A stretch of 63,995 nt of DNA, filler included, from Stramenopiles sp. TOSAG23-6 (Eukaryota), in the NCBI GenBank assembly GCA_900128565.1. It is 5 parts of 5 records of this genome, joined end to end, with 100 filler letters (N's around TTAATTAATTAA, not from the genome) between each part and the next. Parts side by side here need not be neighbours in the genome. Positions count along the whole stretch, not along the records: positions 40,159 to 53,266 come from LT636174.1; positions 53,367 to 63,995 come from LT636298.1; 3 more parts are not named here. The stretch is one strand, 5' to 3'. The notes under the pieces are model-generated. The model was not told the DNA's origin and made no database searches. It saw only the letters and a program-made list of their open reading frames with translations. Position numbers and translations under genes: made by a program. The number at the start of each line of letters is the position of its first letter. The stretch's first letter is position 1. Shown in pieces: positions 46,015 to 57,114 of this stretch.

Positions 46015-48211
46015 ATGAGATTTGTGTCTGTAATTTTGCGTTATATATATGCCACAATTGCTCTTCAATCTCGTGTTCTTTCAATTTTCTGGAATGATCC
46101 AAAGTTTTTTGCACCCTGCTTAGTGATTTGGGTTGCAACATTTGGCGGCTCTTTGCACTCATCTGTGACACCTTACTTCTACAACAAGGTGGGTGCAACT
46201 GATACTGATATTGGTTATTTAACATCTGTAGGAGAGTTTCCAGGAATATTTGTTGTTCCATTTTATGGCTGGTTGATGGATTTTCATGGTGCATACCTTG
46301 CATGTTTATTGTCAACTATATTATGTGCTGTGGGTTGTGCTATACGGGGTTTTGCTTTCAATATTAATAGTTTATACATTGGTGTTGCTGTCATTGGGTT
46401 AGGTTCCAGTGCTTTATGGACAATAACTATGAGCTTTGTAGCTAGTCAAAGTTCCCGAGAGGATAGATCTGCGATTATATCAGCGTATGTTGTTCAGATT
46501 ACTGCTCTGAGATTAATTGGTCGTGGAGTATATCCTTTATGGGATTTTTGTTTAATACAAGTTTGTGGAGAACACAACATTCTTTTACGATATCGTATAT
46601 CTATGAGTGTTTGCACATTTTTTTGTTTTTTTGGGTTTTTTGTTTTGACATATTGGGGTAAAGCCTTCAGAAGTGTTGGACCTTTATATGGAACTAATGA
46701 AGACGTTGAATCGTCGTCAACCTGTGAAGTTATAAAAAATACAGTAGGGATTTTGAACTATTCTCCAACCTCTTTCAAAACAAAAGAAGCAAATGAAAAT
46801 CATAATGCAATAGATTCATCAAGTTTAGTTGTATCACCATCCTTGAAAAACACGAAATCCAAATTAAGAAAGAAGGATATAATTGAAACTGAAAAAGGAA
46901 CAAACTCTTCAACATTTCAGTTTCAGCTTGTACCATTTCTTATTATATGTATTGCAATGGTAATTCAAGCAATAGCCACTGCAATTATAAAAGTTGTTTG
47001 GCCTCTTTGGCTAAGAGATGCATTTGGTTGGAGTGCAACAGAATTTGCATGGTTGTTATTGGCGAGCTCAATACTTTCCACTGTGAGTATTGCAGTGTTT
47101 ATGTTTTCAGCATGAATTTCGAATGTATTTATTTTTCGTAAGAAATTTTGTACCTAACAAATTTTAATTTGTGAAATATTTTTTCACAATACATATCCAG
47201 CAGTTGAACTTGTTCATGGTAAGTACAATACTTTATTATTAGTTTTATTGTTATCCGCGTTTTCCGGATTGCTAGCATTTAGTGTTTTACATTATAATGT
47301 AAACCCCAACCCTCTTAGAAATAAAAATGCCTCTTTTATGGATGGTAACTTAAGACATCTTTTACAAACCCCTAACCCTAACCCTGATGCAAATGATCAA
47401 CTAGAAAAAATAGAAAAAACACAAATACAAATAGTAGGAACTCTAAACAAATATTGTATAGTTCTTCATATATTATTTATTATTATATTTAAATCAACAA
47501 TAGCAACACTCGAACCTGCATTAAAAGCAATGGGTTCACTGCTAATGCCGCGTGCTATACAAGGAAGAACTTTTGGTTCCCTAAATGCATGTATGTTTTA
47601 TTTTTTTAATTTCGAATTTCTTTTTTTTTTCGTACGAAATTTTGTACCTAACGATTTTTTTTTAAATATTTTTCCAAAATACATCAAGTACTGGCCGGTT
47701 TTGGATTTCATTTGCTTTTTTTAGCGGAAGTATGATGGGTCGTATACTTGCAGGAATTACTAGAACATTTACAGTAAGCATTCTTAGTACTCGTATAAAT
47801 TTTGGCTTACGCTGGCCCAATCGTTGGCCTCTGGGGCTACTAAATATCGCTCAGGCTGCTGCGTATCTTTATTGTACAACATTGACCGCATCAGCAATGA
47901 GGTCTGCAGATAAAAATGCAACACCTGCTCCTTTGTGGTTATCATTTCTAATGATTTTATTACTTTCTACTGCTCATGGACATATTGTTACTCTTGGGTT
48001 TGTAAGATTACCTTCAGCAGTAGAGTTGGATATGGTACCGAAGAACAGATCCATTGGAGATGGAGCGTTTGGCATACCTGAAAAAAACAAAGATGAAAGG
48101 ATACAAGTTGCTTGTAGATTTGCTGGAATTTGCAATCAAGCTGGAGCTCTCATGGGATCCGCCTTAAATCTTATTTTACTCACAAGTGGGGTTTTAATAA
48201 AGAAAAAATGA
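46015..48211 (+). CDS. MFS transporter (3 exons; last exon possibly from another transporter family)
   Basis: PFYGWLMDFHG, VASQSSREDRS, WLRDAFGWS, LMPRAIQGRTFG; exons join in frame through 47099-47194 and 47591-47684. Confidence 0.75.
47099..47194 (+). other. Family intron, apparent TT..AT (96 nt); donor ambiguous
   Basis: GTG T|TTATGT...TTGTACCTAAC...CACAATACAT|AT CCA by family alignment and frame. Confidence 0.6.
47591..47684 (+). other. Family intron, GT..AT (94 nt, near-consensus copy)
   Basis: GCA T|GTATGT...TTTCGTACGAAATTTTGTACCTAAC...CCAAAATACAT|CA AGT. Confidence 0.85.
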
Positions 48212-48394
48212 GAAAGGTTTCACAGAGTACTAAATTGAGTACTAAATTACAATAAAAGCGGAAGCATGTTTTCAAGTATAGTTTTTTTAATTTGTTTTTT
48301 TTTGGTGTGAAGTTTACTATCTCTTTTTCTGAAGTCTTCATAAATATGTAGATCGCATAATTCAACGATATAATTCAACGATTAAAAAAGTTTT

Positions 48395-48769
48395 TCAGTT
48401 GTAGTTTTTCCAACTCTTTTGAAGATATTTTTGCATATCTTGAAATATTTCGGGGTTACGTGAAACGGAAACGTATGCAAGCCCAACAGCAGCACCAAGA
48501 AGTCCCTTCCAATGAGGGAGCATCATAGTAGCGTCATTATTGTCAACTTTTTCCGGGGAATTATATATAGCTTCTCCCTTCTCTTCTGTCTCTTCTACAG
48601 GCTCGGTTTCACTGTCGTTCTCATGAACAGCGTTCATTGTAGCTTCTGTTAACTTTTCAATCAACACAACAGTCTTACTGTTTGCTTTTATTCCCAAAGC
48701 CTTGCAACGTCTCTGCAATTCAGCACGTGGGAGCTGAGTGAGATCTTCCTCTAAAGTTGCCGAAACCAT
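48395..48769 (-). CDS. SAP-like domain protein with C-terminal TM helix
   Basis: LTQLPRAELQRRCKALGIKANSKTVVLIEKL; hydrophobic LLGAAVGLAYVSV. Confidence 0.7.
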   Translation of the reverse strand: MVSATLEEDLTQLPRAELQRRCKALGIKANSKTVVLIEKLTEATMNAVHENDSETEPVEETEEKGEAIYNSPEKVDNNDATMMLPHWKGLLGAAVGLAYVSVSRNPEIFQDMQKYLQKSWKNYN

Positions 48770-49115
48770 GCTTTTAATGTATATAATTCGGGGTGTGCAC
48801 GAGGAGTAACTTCAAACAGTGAGAGATAGAGCCGAGAGTGAGAATCAAACCTGTTCGATTTGAAAATTTTCCCGCGCTTTTTCTGTTTTCCCTCCACGTG
48901 TCCACGTGTGTGGGTTCATTCATTTTTCAAAAACTTAAGCGGACAGGTCTGCGCGCGCGANTTTTTTTTGAAATGTGTATCGTGCGATTTCATTTCAGAT
49001 TTGGGAGGAGGTAGCCTATACTCAAGAAGAAAGATACGCAGAAGCATAAATTGAAATGTACTATGAAAATCGCCAGATCAATGTATTAATATTATAGACT
49101 ATATACAGGTTCGCG

Positions 49116-49826
49116 ATGTTTGGCTCTTTATTCTTCTACTACTGCTTAATCAGAGAAAGAGATCATTGCTCTCGTAAGGCTCGTGGACTCTTTTCAAGTT
49201 GCATTCTTTTGTTGTCGGTAACGCTATGGACATTTTTGTTACCACATCATTTTGAAGAGGGATGTAAAGAAAATTTAAACACATGGCTGATTGTATTTTT
49301 ATATTCGGGTGCATTATTCATCTTTGGACAGGCTTTTGTAGGTATGCGTTTTGGGACAATTCGTGAAAAAGCTTTTTACGACTACGCGAGAGCCACGAAG
49401 ATGCCATTGTATCATAAGCACACGTTATCCGAATTCGGGGAACATTCGATACTTCGAAGAGTCTCATATCCACATAGAGATAGTAGATTAGAAGTATTAG
49501 ATTATACACATGAAAAATTTAAATGGCCAAATGATCTATCAGTGACAGAACTCGAACCATGCTCGCGTAGTTTGCAGTACTTCGACACTATGTTTAAGTT
49601 TGCCTTCACATATGATCTCATCATGGTTACTTCCGGGTTTTGTTTGTATGCTGTAGCAGAAACATGTGAATCTAAAGGAAAACTAGTTGATCATAGAGCG
49701 ATTTTTATATTGATGGTTATTCTCCTTGTTGTTGATGGCGTCTGGATATTCTGTTATCAGACTAAAAAAAAGATAGACTCTATGAAAGACAAAGAAAATA
49801 ATTCTCCAAAACTAGAAACAACATGA
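49116..49826 (+). CDS. Hypothetical multi-pass membrane protein
   Basis: 236-aa ORF with 4-5 hydrophobic segments; start uncertain. Confidence 0.6.
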   Translation: MFGSLFFYYCLIRERDHCSRKARGLFSSCILLLSVTLWTFLLPHHFEEGCKENLNTWLIVFLYSGALFIFGQAFVGMRFGTIREKAFYDYARATKMPLYHKHTLSEFGEHSILRRVSYPHRDSRLEVLDYTHEKFKWPNDLSVTELEPCSRSLQYFDTMFKFAFTYDLIMVTSGFCLYAVAETCESKGKLVDHRAIFILMVILLVVDGVWIFCYQTKKKIDSMKDKENNSPKLETT

Positions 49827-49895
49827 ACAATGAATATACTGTACTGCCCCGAGAAACTGCCAACTATGAACAGAAGAATAATTTAGAGTTTCACA

Positions 49896-51246
49896 ATGTA
49901 TTTAAATAGATATACTTTCTTATTGAGGAAACATGTGATTACCCATAGACTTTCTACCACGACTCTTTCTAATTTGGGGCGAACTCTGTCGCAAGCATCA
50001 GATACTTCTATACGTAAATCCTCCACAACAAGCCGTTTGACCAAGTTAAGAGCTCAGTTAGCTAGCGAAGATAATGAAAACGATCTTTTACATTTCGCTG
50101 GAGTATCCAATACTGATCCCCCGAAAATTCCATATGCACCTACACTTTCATATTCTAGCGGGGAAAAAAATAATAGAGATGCAAATACCCCAACTGGTAT
50201 AAATAAAGGACCTCGTCGAAAAAAAAGAGAACGGTTACCCCCTTGGTTGAAGGCACCATTACCAGCTGGTGAAAATTATCACCATCTTAAGGACACTGTT
50301 CGCGATTTAAAACTTGCCACTGTGTGTGAAGAAGCACAGTGTCCAAATATAGGAGAATGTTGGGGAGGAGAAGAAGGAACGGCAACTGCAACAATTATGT
50401 TAATGGGTGATACTTGTACTCGTGGTTGTTCATTTTGTGCTGTAAAAACGAGTCGTGCACCACCACCACTTGATCCAGCTGAACCTGCACATGTGGGGAA
50501 AGCGGTTGCTGATTGGGGTTTAGATTACGTGGTCTTAACTTCTGTCGATCGGGATGATTTGGAGGATCAAGGTGCAGCTCACGTTGCTGAGTGTGTTCGT
50601 GCTCTGAAAGAAAAAACAAAGAACCGTGTTTTAGTTGAAGTACTGACAGGTGATTTCCAAGGCCACGAGGATAAAATAGAAATGGTTGCAAAATCAGGTC
50701 TAGATGTATTTGCACATAATGTATGTTATTTCATCATCAATTTCAAATTCACTTTTTTTTTTTTTTTTTTGTAAAAATGTTTTGTACCTAACGAATTTCA
50801 AACTGTACACATATTTGTTTATAATACATGTTGAAACCGTGAAAAGCAGACAGGCCCGTGTTAGAGATCGGCGAGCAGGTTATGAGCAGTCGTTGTCTGT
50901 GCTAAAGCATGCCAAAAAGACGGTGCCGTCCTTAATTACCAAGACTTCTATTATGCTTGGCGTTGGAGAGAAGGAGGAAGAAATTTACGAATGTCTCAAA
51001 GATCTTCGTGAAAATGAAGTCGACGTTGTCACTTTTGGGCAATATTTGCGTCCTTCCAGACGACATATGCCTGTTGATAGATATGTAACTCCTGAGGAAT
51101 TTGATAAATGGCGTGTTGAAGCTGAGAGGCTTGGTTTTAAATATTGTGCGAGTGGTCCTCTTGTTCGGTCAAGTTATAAGGCAGGTGAATTTTTCCTCGC
51201 AAACCTTGCTCGAGAGGCAAAAGCCTCTGCAAAAGTTATTCATTAG
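49896..51246 (+). CDS. LIAS: Lipoyl synthase, mitochondrial (2 exons)
   Basis: [32 protein letters not shown], spliced [27 protein letters not shown]. Confidence 0.97.
50721..50829 (+). other. Family intron, GT..AT (109 nt)
   Basis: CAT AAT|GTATGT...GTACCTAAC...ATAATACAT|GTT GAA; restores the conserved HNVETV; no AG inside the intron. Confidence 0.95.
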
Positions 51247-51301
51247 ATTTTTAAAATTGGCATATATTTTATTTCAGACCTACTATTTTAAATTAAAGAA
51301 A

Positions 51302-51622
51302 CTATTTCGTCTCTGTATCCTCTTTTATACTGTCTTTAATAGCCTGTGTAAGATCAATTTCTTGTGCTGGGGGAGGGTTTGAGGAGTTTCCCCCGGTATC
51401 AAGTGGAGGAGGGCTTTTCCCTTCTACAGGTGATTTTGGTGTAGGAAAACACATTGTGGAACATTTGGAATTATTTTTCACAATTTTACACTTTGTTAAA
51501 CACTGAGTCGACTTCAATACCTCTGGTGAAGCAGTGTCCGCTTCAGTTTGAGCCAATGAAGATTTCATAAAAGCGAACAGAAAAATAAAGGGTACTACTA
51601 TGATGAAGCGAAAATGTAACAT
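51302..51622 (-). CDS. Small secreted Cys/Pro-containing protein
   Basis: Signal-peptide-like N-terminus, CxxxC..CxxxC, Pro-rich tail. Confidence 0.55.
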   Translation of the reverse strand: MLHFRFIIVVPFIFLFAFMKSSLAQTEADTASPEVLKSTQCLTKCKIVKNNSKCSTMCFPTPKSPVEGKSPPPLDTGGNSSNPPPAQEIDLTQAIKDSIKEDTETK

Positions 51623-51971
51623 ATTCGACGGTTTACAAAGGATCAACTGTATAGTTATAGTATTAGAATGCTGTTTACGAATATTCTAGATACAAGAAAG
51701 ACATTGGTGTCACCGTGTATTTCCAAAGGAGAGTCAACAACCCACTTTTTTGTTATTTTAATGTGTGTCTTTCGCGCTCCTGCAGGCCAACCCTATTATA
51801 AAAAGTTAGGTACAAAATTTGGTAGGAAATATTTTTAAAATGTAATATTATTTTGCGCCAGGCCAGTAATAGCGGTTAAAAAAACTGATGATCCAAAAGA
51901 AACGTTTCTACAGTACCTTTTACTTTACAGTCACAACGTATCCGTATATTTCAAAAGAATCAAATAGCAGT

Positions 51972-52937
51972 ATGTTGATTCATTTGTTCACGTATGTCTT
52001 CTTGTTTATATGGTCACAATCACTTGTTTCAGCATACCAAGAATTAACTTCGGATAATTTCAAACCTTTCTTAAAAGAAAATCCCTTTACGTTGGTTGTC
52101 TTCTTCGCTCCTTGGTCTGAATCTTGGGAAAAGTTCGAGGAAGACTTTGAAACCCTTGACGAAGAAATGGCAGAGAGATTTCCAAAAGTTAATTTAGGTC
52201 TTTGCAATATTGATGAACACTTCACTCTTTCTTCTTACAGTGGAAAAAATACCCTATCTGTAAAGTTTTTCTGGGGTGAAGCCTATGATTCAAAACCAGT
52301 ATCTTACCTTGATGTTCTAAATGCTGAAAGCATTTTTGATTTCATAGAAGCCGTTTTGGATTCAACAGTAGAAGTGACTGTTGATGATATGGATGACGTT
52401 GTCGAAGAATTTGTGAAAATTACATTTGGACAGGAATCAAATGACAGAAGTAATAAGCAAATCGAACTGCTCAAACAGGTACAAAAACGAGTCGCCGAAA
52501 CGGATAATGAAACTGAAAAAAAGCTTCATTATTTGTACAAAGTTCACGTTAAAATAATGACAGGTTTAATGCAAAATTCACAAACTCTTGCTGAAAGAAT
52601 TCATTCACTAAACATGGAACTTAATCAATTTGGAGAATTCATGAAAATTCAAGATTACAAAAAAAAGAAAACGGAATCGGTCTTATGTACGTGTTCATCA
52701 TGAATTTCGAATTTATTTTATTTTTCATACGAAATGTTGTACCTAACAAATTTCGAATTTGACATATTTTTTCAAAATACATATCAACAGTATGCTGACA
52801 AACTTCTACCTCCAAAATATCGTTCAAATGCTAAAAATGTCTTATTTCCTGATTCTACACCCAATGAGAGAGGAGCTAAAAAAGCTAATTTTGAAGTTCA
52901 GTCAAATGGTGGAGCGAAACGTATTCTGTTAGAATAA
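51972..52937 (+). CDS. Non-catalytic thioredoxin/PDI-like ER protein with helical C-terminus (2 exons)
   Basis: Signal peptide; ELTSDNF..LVVFFAPWSES (WCxxC lost). Confidence 0.7.
52687..52782 (+). other. Family intron, GT..AT (96 nt)
   Basis: TTA T|GTACGT...TTCAAAATACAT|AT CAA; in frame. Confidence 0.82.
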
Positions 52938-53057
52938 AAAGGTTCATCGTCATCTTGTGATACACACTCGAGCGGGTGTAGTACTTGTTATTTTTTTATG
53001 AAAGTGGCATATTTTCTTTTGCTAATGTGAACAAAGAAAACCAAAAGATTAAAAATG

Positions 53058-53266
53058 TATATATTAAAATTTAAACTGTAACATTTTATTCATTGTTCAT
53101 GTTGTTTCTAGTTTTGGAGAATTATTTTAAAAAATATATATTAAAATTTAAACTGTAACATTTTATTCATTGTTCATGTTGTTTCTAGTTTTGGAGAATT
53201 ATTTTAAAAAATATATATTAAAATTTAAACTGTAACATTTTATTCATTGTTCATGTTGTTTCTAGT
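53058..53266 (+). repeat. 77-bp tandem repeat, about 2.7 copies, abutting gap
   Basis: atattaaaat recurs at 53061, 53138, 53215. Confidence 0.9.
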
Positions 53267-53366
53267 NNNNNNNNNNNNNNNNNNNNNNNNNNNNNNNNNN
53301 NNNNNNNNNNTTAATTAATTAANNNNNNNNNNNNNNNNNNNNNNNNNNNNNNNNNNNNNNNNNNNN
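53267..53366. other. Artificial contig linker / assembly gap
   Basis: N-TTAATTAATTAA-N, 100 nt. Confidence 0.97.
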
Positions 53367-53402
53367 TAACGATTTTTTTTGAAATATTTTTTCACAATAC
53401 AT
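53367..53402 (+). other. Family intron 3' end (..AT), truncated by gap
   Basis: TAAC...GAAATATTTTTTCACAATACAT. Confidence 0.8.
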
Positions 53403-53530
53403 GTTTGTTTCCAACTTTTATATACGGTAGATTGCCTACTTTTATAAAAAGAATATTTTGTTGTGAATTTAAGAGGTATGAGTACAATGAGAATGAAATG
53501 GACAATTCTTTTTTTGCTCAAGATGATTAA
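53403..53530 (+). CDS. Putative terminal exon of an unidentified gene
   Basis: Open frame LFPTFIYGRLPTFIKRIFCCEF...QDD* right after the intron end. Confidence 0.45.
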
Positions 53531-53776
53531 TGAATTTTTTAATGAATGATACTGGTAATGAAATTTTTTCAGATTTGATTTCTAGCTAGATTTTTGATTT
53601 CTATAATTATAAAAGATTTTTTTTACGATTTTTTTTTACGATTTGGGACCCGGGTAACGTTTAACTGAAAAATATGCCGTTTCATTTTTTTAGTTTTTGT
53701 AGAGGTTTTTTTTATTTTTGTAAAAAGATACTTCTACTACTAGTCCTATAAAGCGAAATCATCAACTCGCATCTAG

Positions 53777-54962
53777 ATGGAGGCGAATATTTACACATTT
53801 TTAGTGCAATACTATGATGCGTATGCAAAGGCAAATAAGCCATATACTTTAATGTATCATGAAATGAAAAATGGCCAGCCTAACCAGTTGGAGTTGGTCA
53901 ATCCAAAGACGAAACAAAAGTTTATTGCGAAACATAGAACTCCGCATAAGCTTCGTCATTTCATTTTGGGTAATAACGTCACTATAAAAGGGCGAACATT
54001 TAATGTAGAGAGCTATAATGATAAGCAAACCAAACAGGTATTTTCTGTATTGCATGAAAAGACTCTCGTTTGTGTGTCTCCTCAAGCATTCAAAAACCTA
54101 GGTCTCTTATTGGACCTAATCGAAGGATCAGGTTTGTTATTAGGTCAGTTAAAGACTTGTCGTCTGAGTATAGAAACAGTTAAATACTTGATTAATATTG
54201 CTGGATTTGATTCTATTGATGCAGAATGCCTAAGAGGTCCAGGTGTAATGTGTGCTTTTGAAGTCGTTGGAGAGAAAGCGAGACAGATGTGGTTAGAGAT
54301 TAGCGCTCGTGCTGGAGTAGGTCCAATATTTGCCACTTCAAAAACGACTACTGATGCAACAGTCAACTTTTTCTTTGGTAATAATCAGCGGCAAGATATT
54401 GCTCAATCAAGCGCAGAAGTCATGCAACGTGTCAATGACGCTTGTGCTTTGCTTCTTATCAAGCCTCATGCTGTATCTCAGGGATATCACGGGAAAATCA
54501 TTGCTCAGGTGTCAGCTGAAAATTGTTTTGAAATATGCGCTTGCGATAAGGTAATGTTTTCTAAATCTGATGCTAAAGAGTTTTTAGAGTGTTATTCGTT
54601 TTTGCATAATATATCTGAGCATGTAGATCAATTGTCTTCTTCTTCGTGTATTGCATGTATGTTTTATTTTTTTTTTGTATGATTTTTTTTTCATACGAAA
54701 TTTTGTACCTAACAATTTTTTTAAGATTTTTTTTGAAATATTTTTCCAAAATACATTGTGTGTACGTGGAAAAGAAAATGTCCAAGCCCAATTACGTGCC
54801 TTTGCTGGACCATTTGATGTTATCGTTGGTAGAGAAATTAGTCCTCAATCTCTTAGAGCCCAGTTTGGTTATAATAGAGTAAGAAATGCTGTGCATGTGA
54901 CAGATTTAAAAGAAGATGGCGTGTTGGAATGCAATTTTGTATTTAATACTTTGAGGCTTTGA
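53777..54962 (+). CDS. NME7: Nucleoside diphosphate kinase 7 (DM10 + two NDK-like domains) (2 exons)
   Basis: DM10 FLVQYYD..ILGNNVTIKGR; LLIKPHAV; LRAFAGPFD..PQSLRAQFG..RNAVHVTDL.EDGVLE. Confidence 0.88.
54657..54756 (+). other. Family intron, GT..AT (100 nt)
   Basis: GCA T|GTATGT...CCAAAATACAT|TG TGT; restores SCIALCVRG. Confidence 0.9.
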
Positions 54963-55128
54963 GGCTTTGAGGTTTTGAGGTTTTGAGGCTTTGAATTGTG
55001 ATGTAATCTATCATGTAGCTGTACGCTTGACACTCATCATAAAAACCAAGATTTTAAAAACCAAGATTTTAAAAACCGAGATGAGTGTATGAGAAAGACG
55101 TTATAATCTTTAGATATATATATTGACT

Positions 55129-56782
55129 TTATTCGATTTTATTTAAAATAGATTTTGCATTTTTAATAATTTGTTCAATATTGTTATTCATTACCATTTG
55201 TTTCCTTGATACAATCTTCATTTCCTCTAATAACCCATTACTTAACATTTCCTTGTGGGTTTCTTGATTTTCTAAATATTCTTCTTTACATCCAAATAAC
55301 GCTTTCATTAGATTATTTATAAGTTTTGATGTTGCCGAGACTCTCCCCTCTGGTGTCTTATCATCAGGTTTACATTTTCTTAATACTCTTAATTTATTTA
55401 TCGTATCGTGAAATTTATGATTTATTTCTCTGAGATTTGCCTTTGCTAATACATCACCCTTGCTTGCAAGCTTTGAATATTTACGATATAACCACATTAT
55501 TTGTAAACAATTTGATGCCGTATGACGAAGCTCTCTCTTATAATTTTTTCTCATGACAATATTTATTAGATAGTTTTCACCCTCTGAAGTGTTACTTGCT
55601 TCTACAAAAACGGCAACCATCATTGTACTTATTACTAAACCACCCAAAACACCACCCAGTATAATCGTGATTTTTCCTATGGGAGACACGGCGACAGTAT
55701 TCCCATACCCTACAGTTGGCATCGTTATTAAAACTAAATAAATACCATCATGAAATGATGAAATTTTAGATGTCGGTATTTCTCTCTCGAGAATACACAG
55801 AGCTGCCCCTGTTGCGACAACAATTGTAAATAATAATGGTAGAAGAAGAAGAAGTATTTTGGGAAAATATTTCAAAAACAAAATCGTTAGGTACAAAATT
55901 TCGTACGAAAACCAAAAAAAAAATAAACTCGAATTTGAAAAAAAAATAAAACATACAATCGGGTTATACTTGAGCAACATTTTAAAGTTGAAAGAAATAG
56001 ACAATGAATCAATTGCGTTCATATTTGCAATGAAATGAATTTGCTGTCCATAAAATCCTGAGTGATTTCGCATTACCCTCAACATGGTATAGATTCTAAA
56101 TAGAACAACTATGTTCTGTGAAAAAATATTATTTTTTTTTTTTTTTTAACGTTAGGTACAATTTTTTTTTTCTTAAAAAAATGTAAATTGTACACTCAAT
56201 TTGGAAAACATACATATTAAGCACATTAACATGCATTGGATAACCATTTAAATTTGTATAAAAGTCCATACCTACTGGAATATGTAGTAGTGCAATGAAA
56301 CATTCTAAAATCCAATTTTTGGTTTCGGTAGAGTCAAATTTTGTCAATAATCCTGTATTTCGTGGAAGGATATTTCTCAAGGCTTTGATTCGTATTATTG
56401 TTTTATACCTAAGTGTGTGCAGAATAATAATAATAATGCTATCAATTGATGTTGCCCATTTTAATATTCGTGCTTTGTATGTATCATGATACAACTTTCC
56501 TTGGTGTTTCAACGCCCAGATACGCATTTCATCGTCAAGAAGAAAGCACAAAAGAATAACAAAAATACTCATTAATGCTGTTATATCTTCGTAATGTTTA
56601 CGACTTGTGAAGAGACGGTTTAATTCTCCCAATTCAGCTAAAGAAACAACTGTCTTATTATCGAAACTACATTCTAAAAGTTGTTTTTTATATACGGCAT
56701 ATAGATCATCCTCGTGTTTTTTTCTTTTTCCTGAAATGTCTTTGCTTTTCATTCGTACAGCATTTTTAGCACTTGAATTCAT
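55129..56782 (-). CDS. SK/KCNN-like calcium-activated potassium channel (3 exons)
   Basis: LECFIALLHIP, S4 LFRIYTMLRVM, pore LITMPTVGYG, CaM-binding-like ASNCLQIMWLYRK. Confidence 0.85.
55852..55956 (-). other. Family intron, GT..TT (105 nt, stop-free 3n)
   Basis: CCG ATT|GTATGT...CCCAAAATACTT|CTT. Confidence 0.8.
56111..56213 (-). other. Family intron, GT..AT (103 nt)
   Basis: AAT AT|GTATGT...CACAGAACAT|A GTT; the CAG 5 nt upstream is out of frame. Confidence 0.88.
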
Positions 56783-57114
56783 TGATGTATGAATGTAAAA
56801 GAAGCAGTCTTACTATTGGTAAAACGTAATCTATATTTACTGATAAATTGTTATAGTAAAGAGTATCCTCTTCGTAAGAAAAAAAGTATCTAAAAGATGT
56901 TGGCCAATGGCCAGAACAACAAAAAAAAAATGATAAAACAAAAAAAACAGGTTTGTGCGAAATATTTTTTACGACCATCTCGAGTCATTGCGATCGTCGC
57001 GATGATTTGCACCACGTCTCACACACAGCAGCAGTAAACTCACGAGTAAAGTCTGAGCTATAATTAGATTGCTACCGACGTCAGTCGTATTGTTAGGACA
57101 TCGGGTAGGATAGT

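Noticed and set aside
53058-53266. 77-bp repeat as a CRISPR-like or functional array
   Set aside because: Head-to-tail copies without spacers at a contig end; ordinary minisatellite or assembly artefact.
13308-53366. TTAATTAATTAA motif repeated four times
   Set aside because: It sits inside identical 100-nt N linkers and is an artificial contig spacer. Gene adjacency across these linkers is not reliable.
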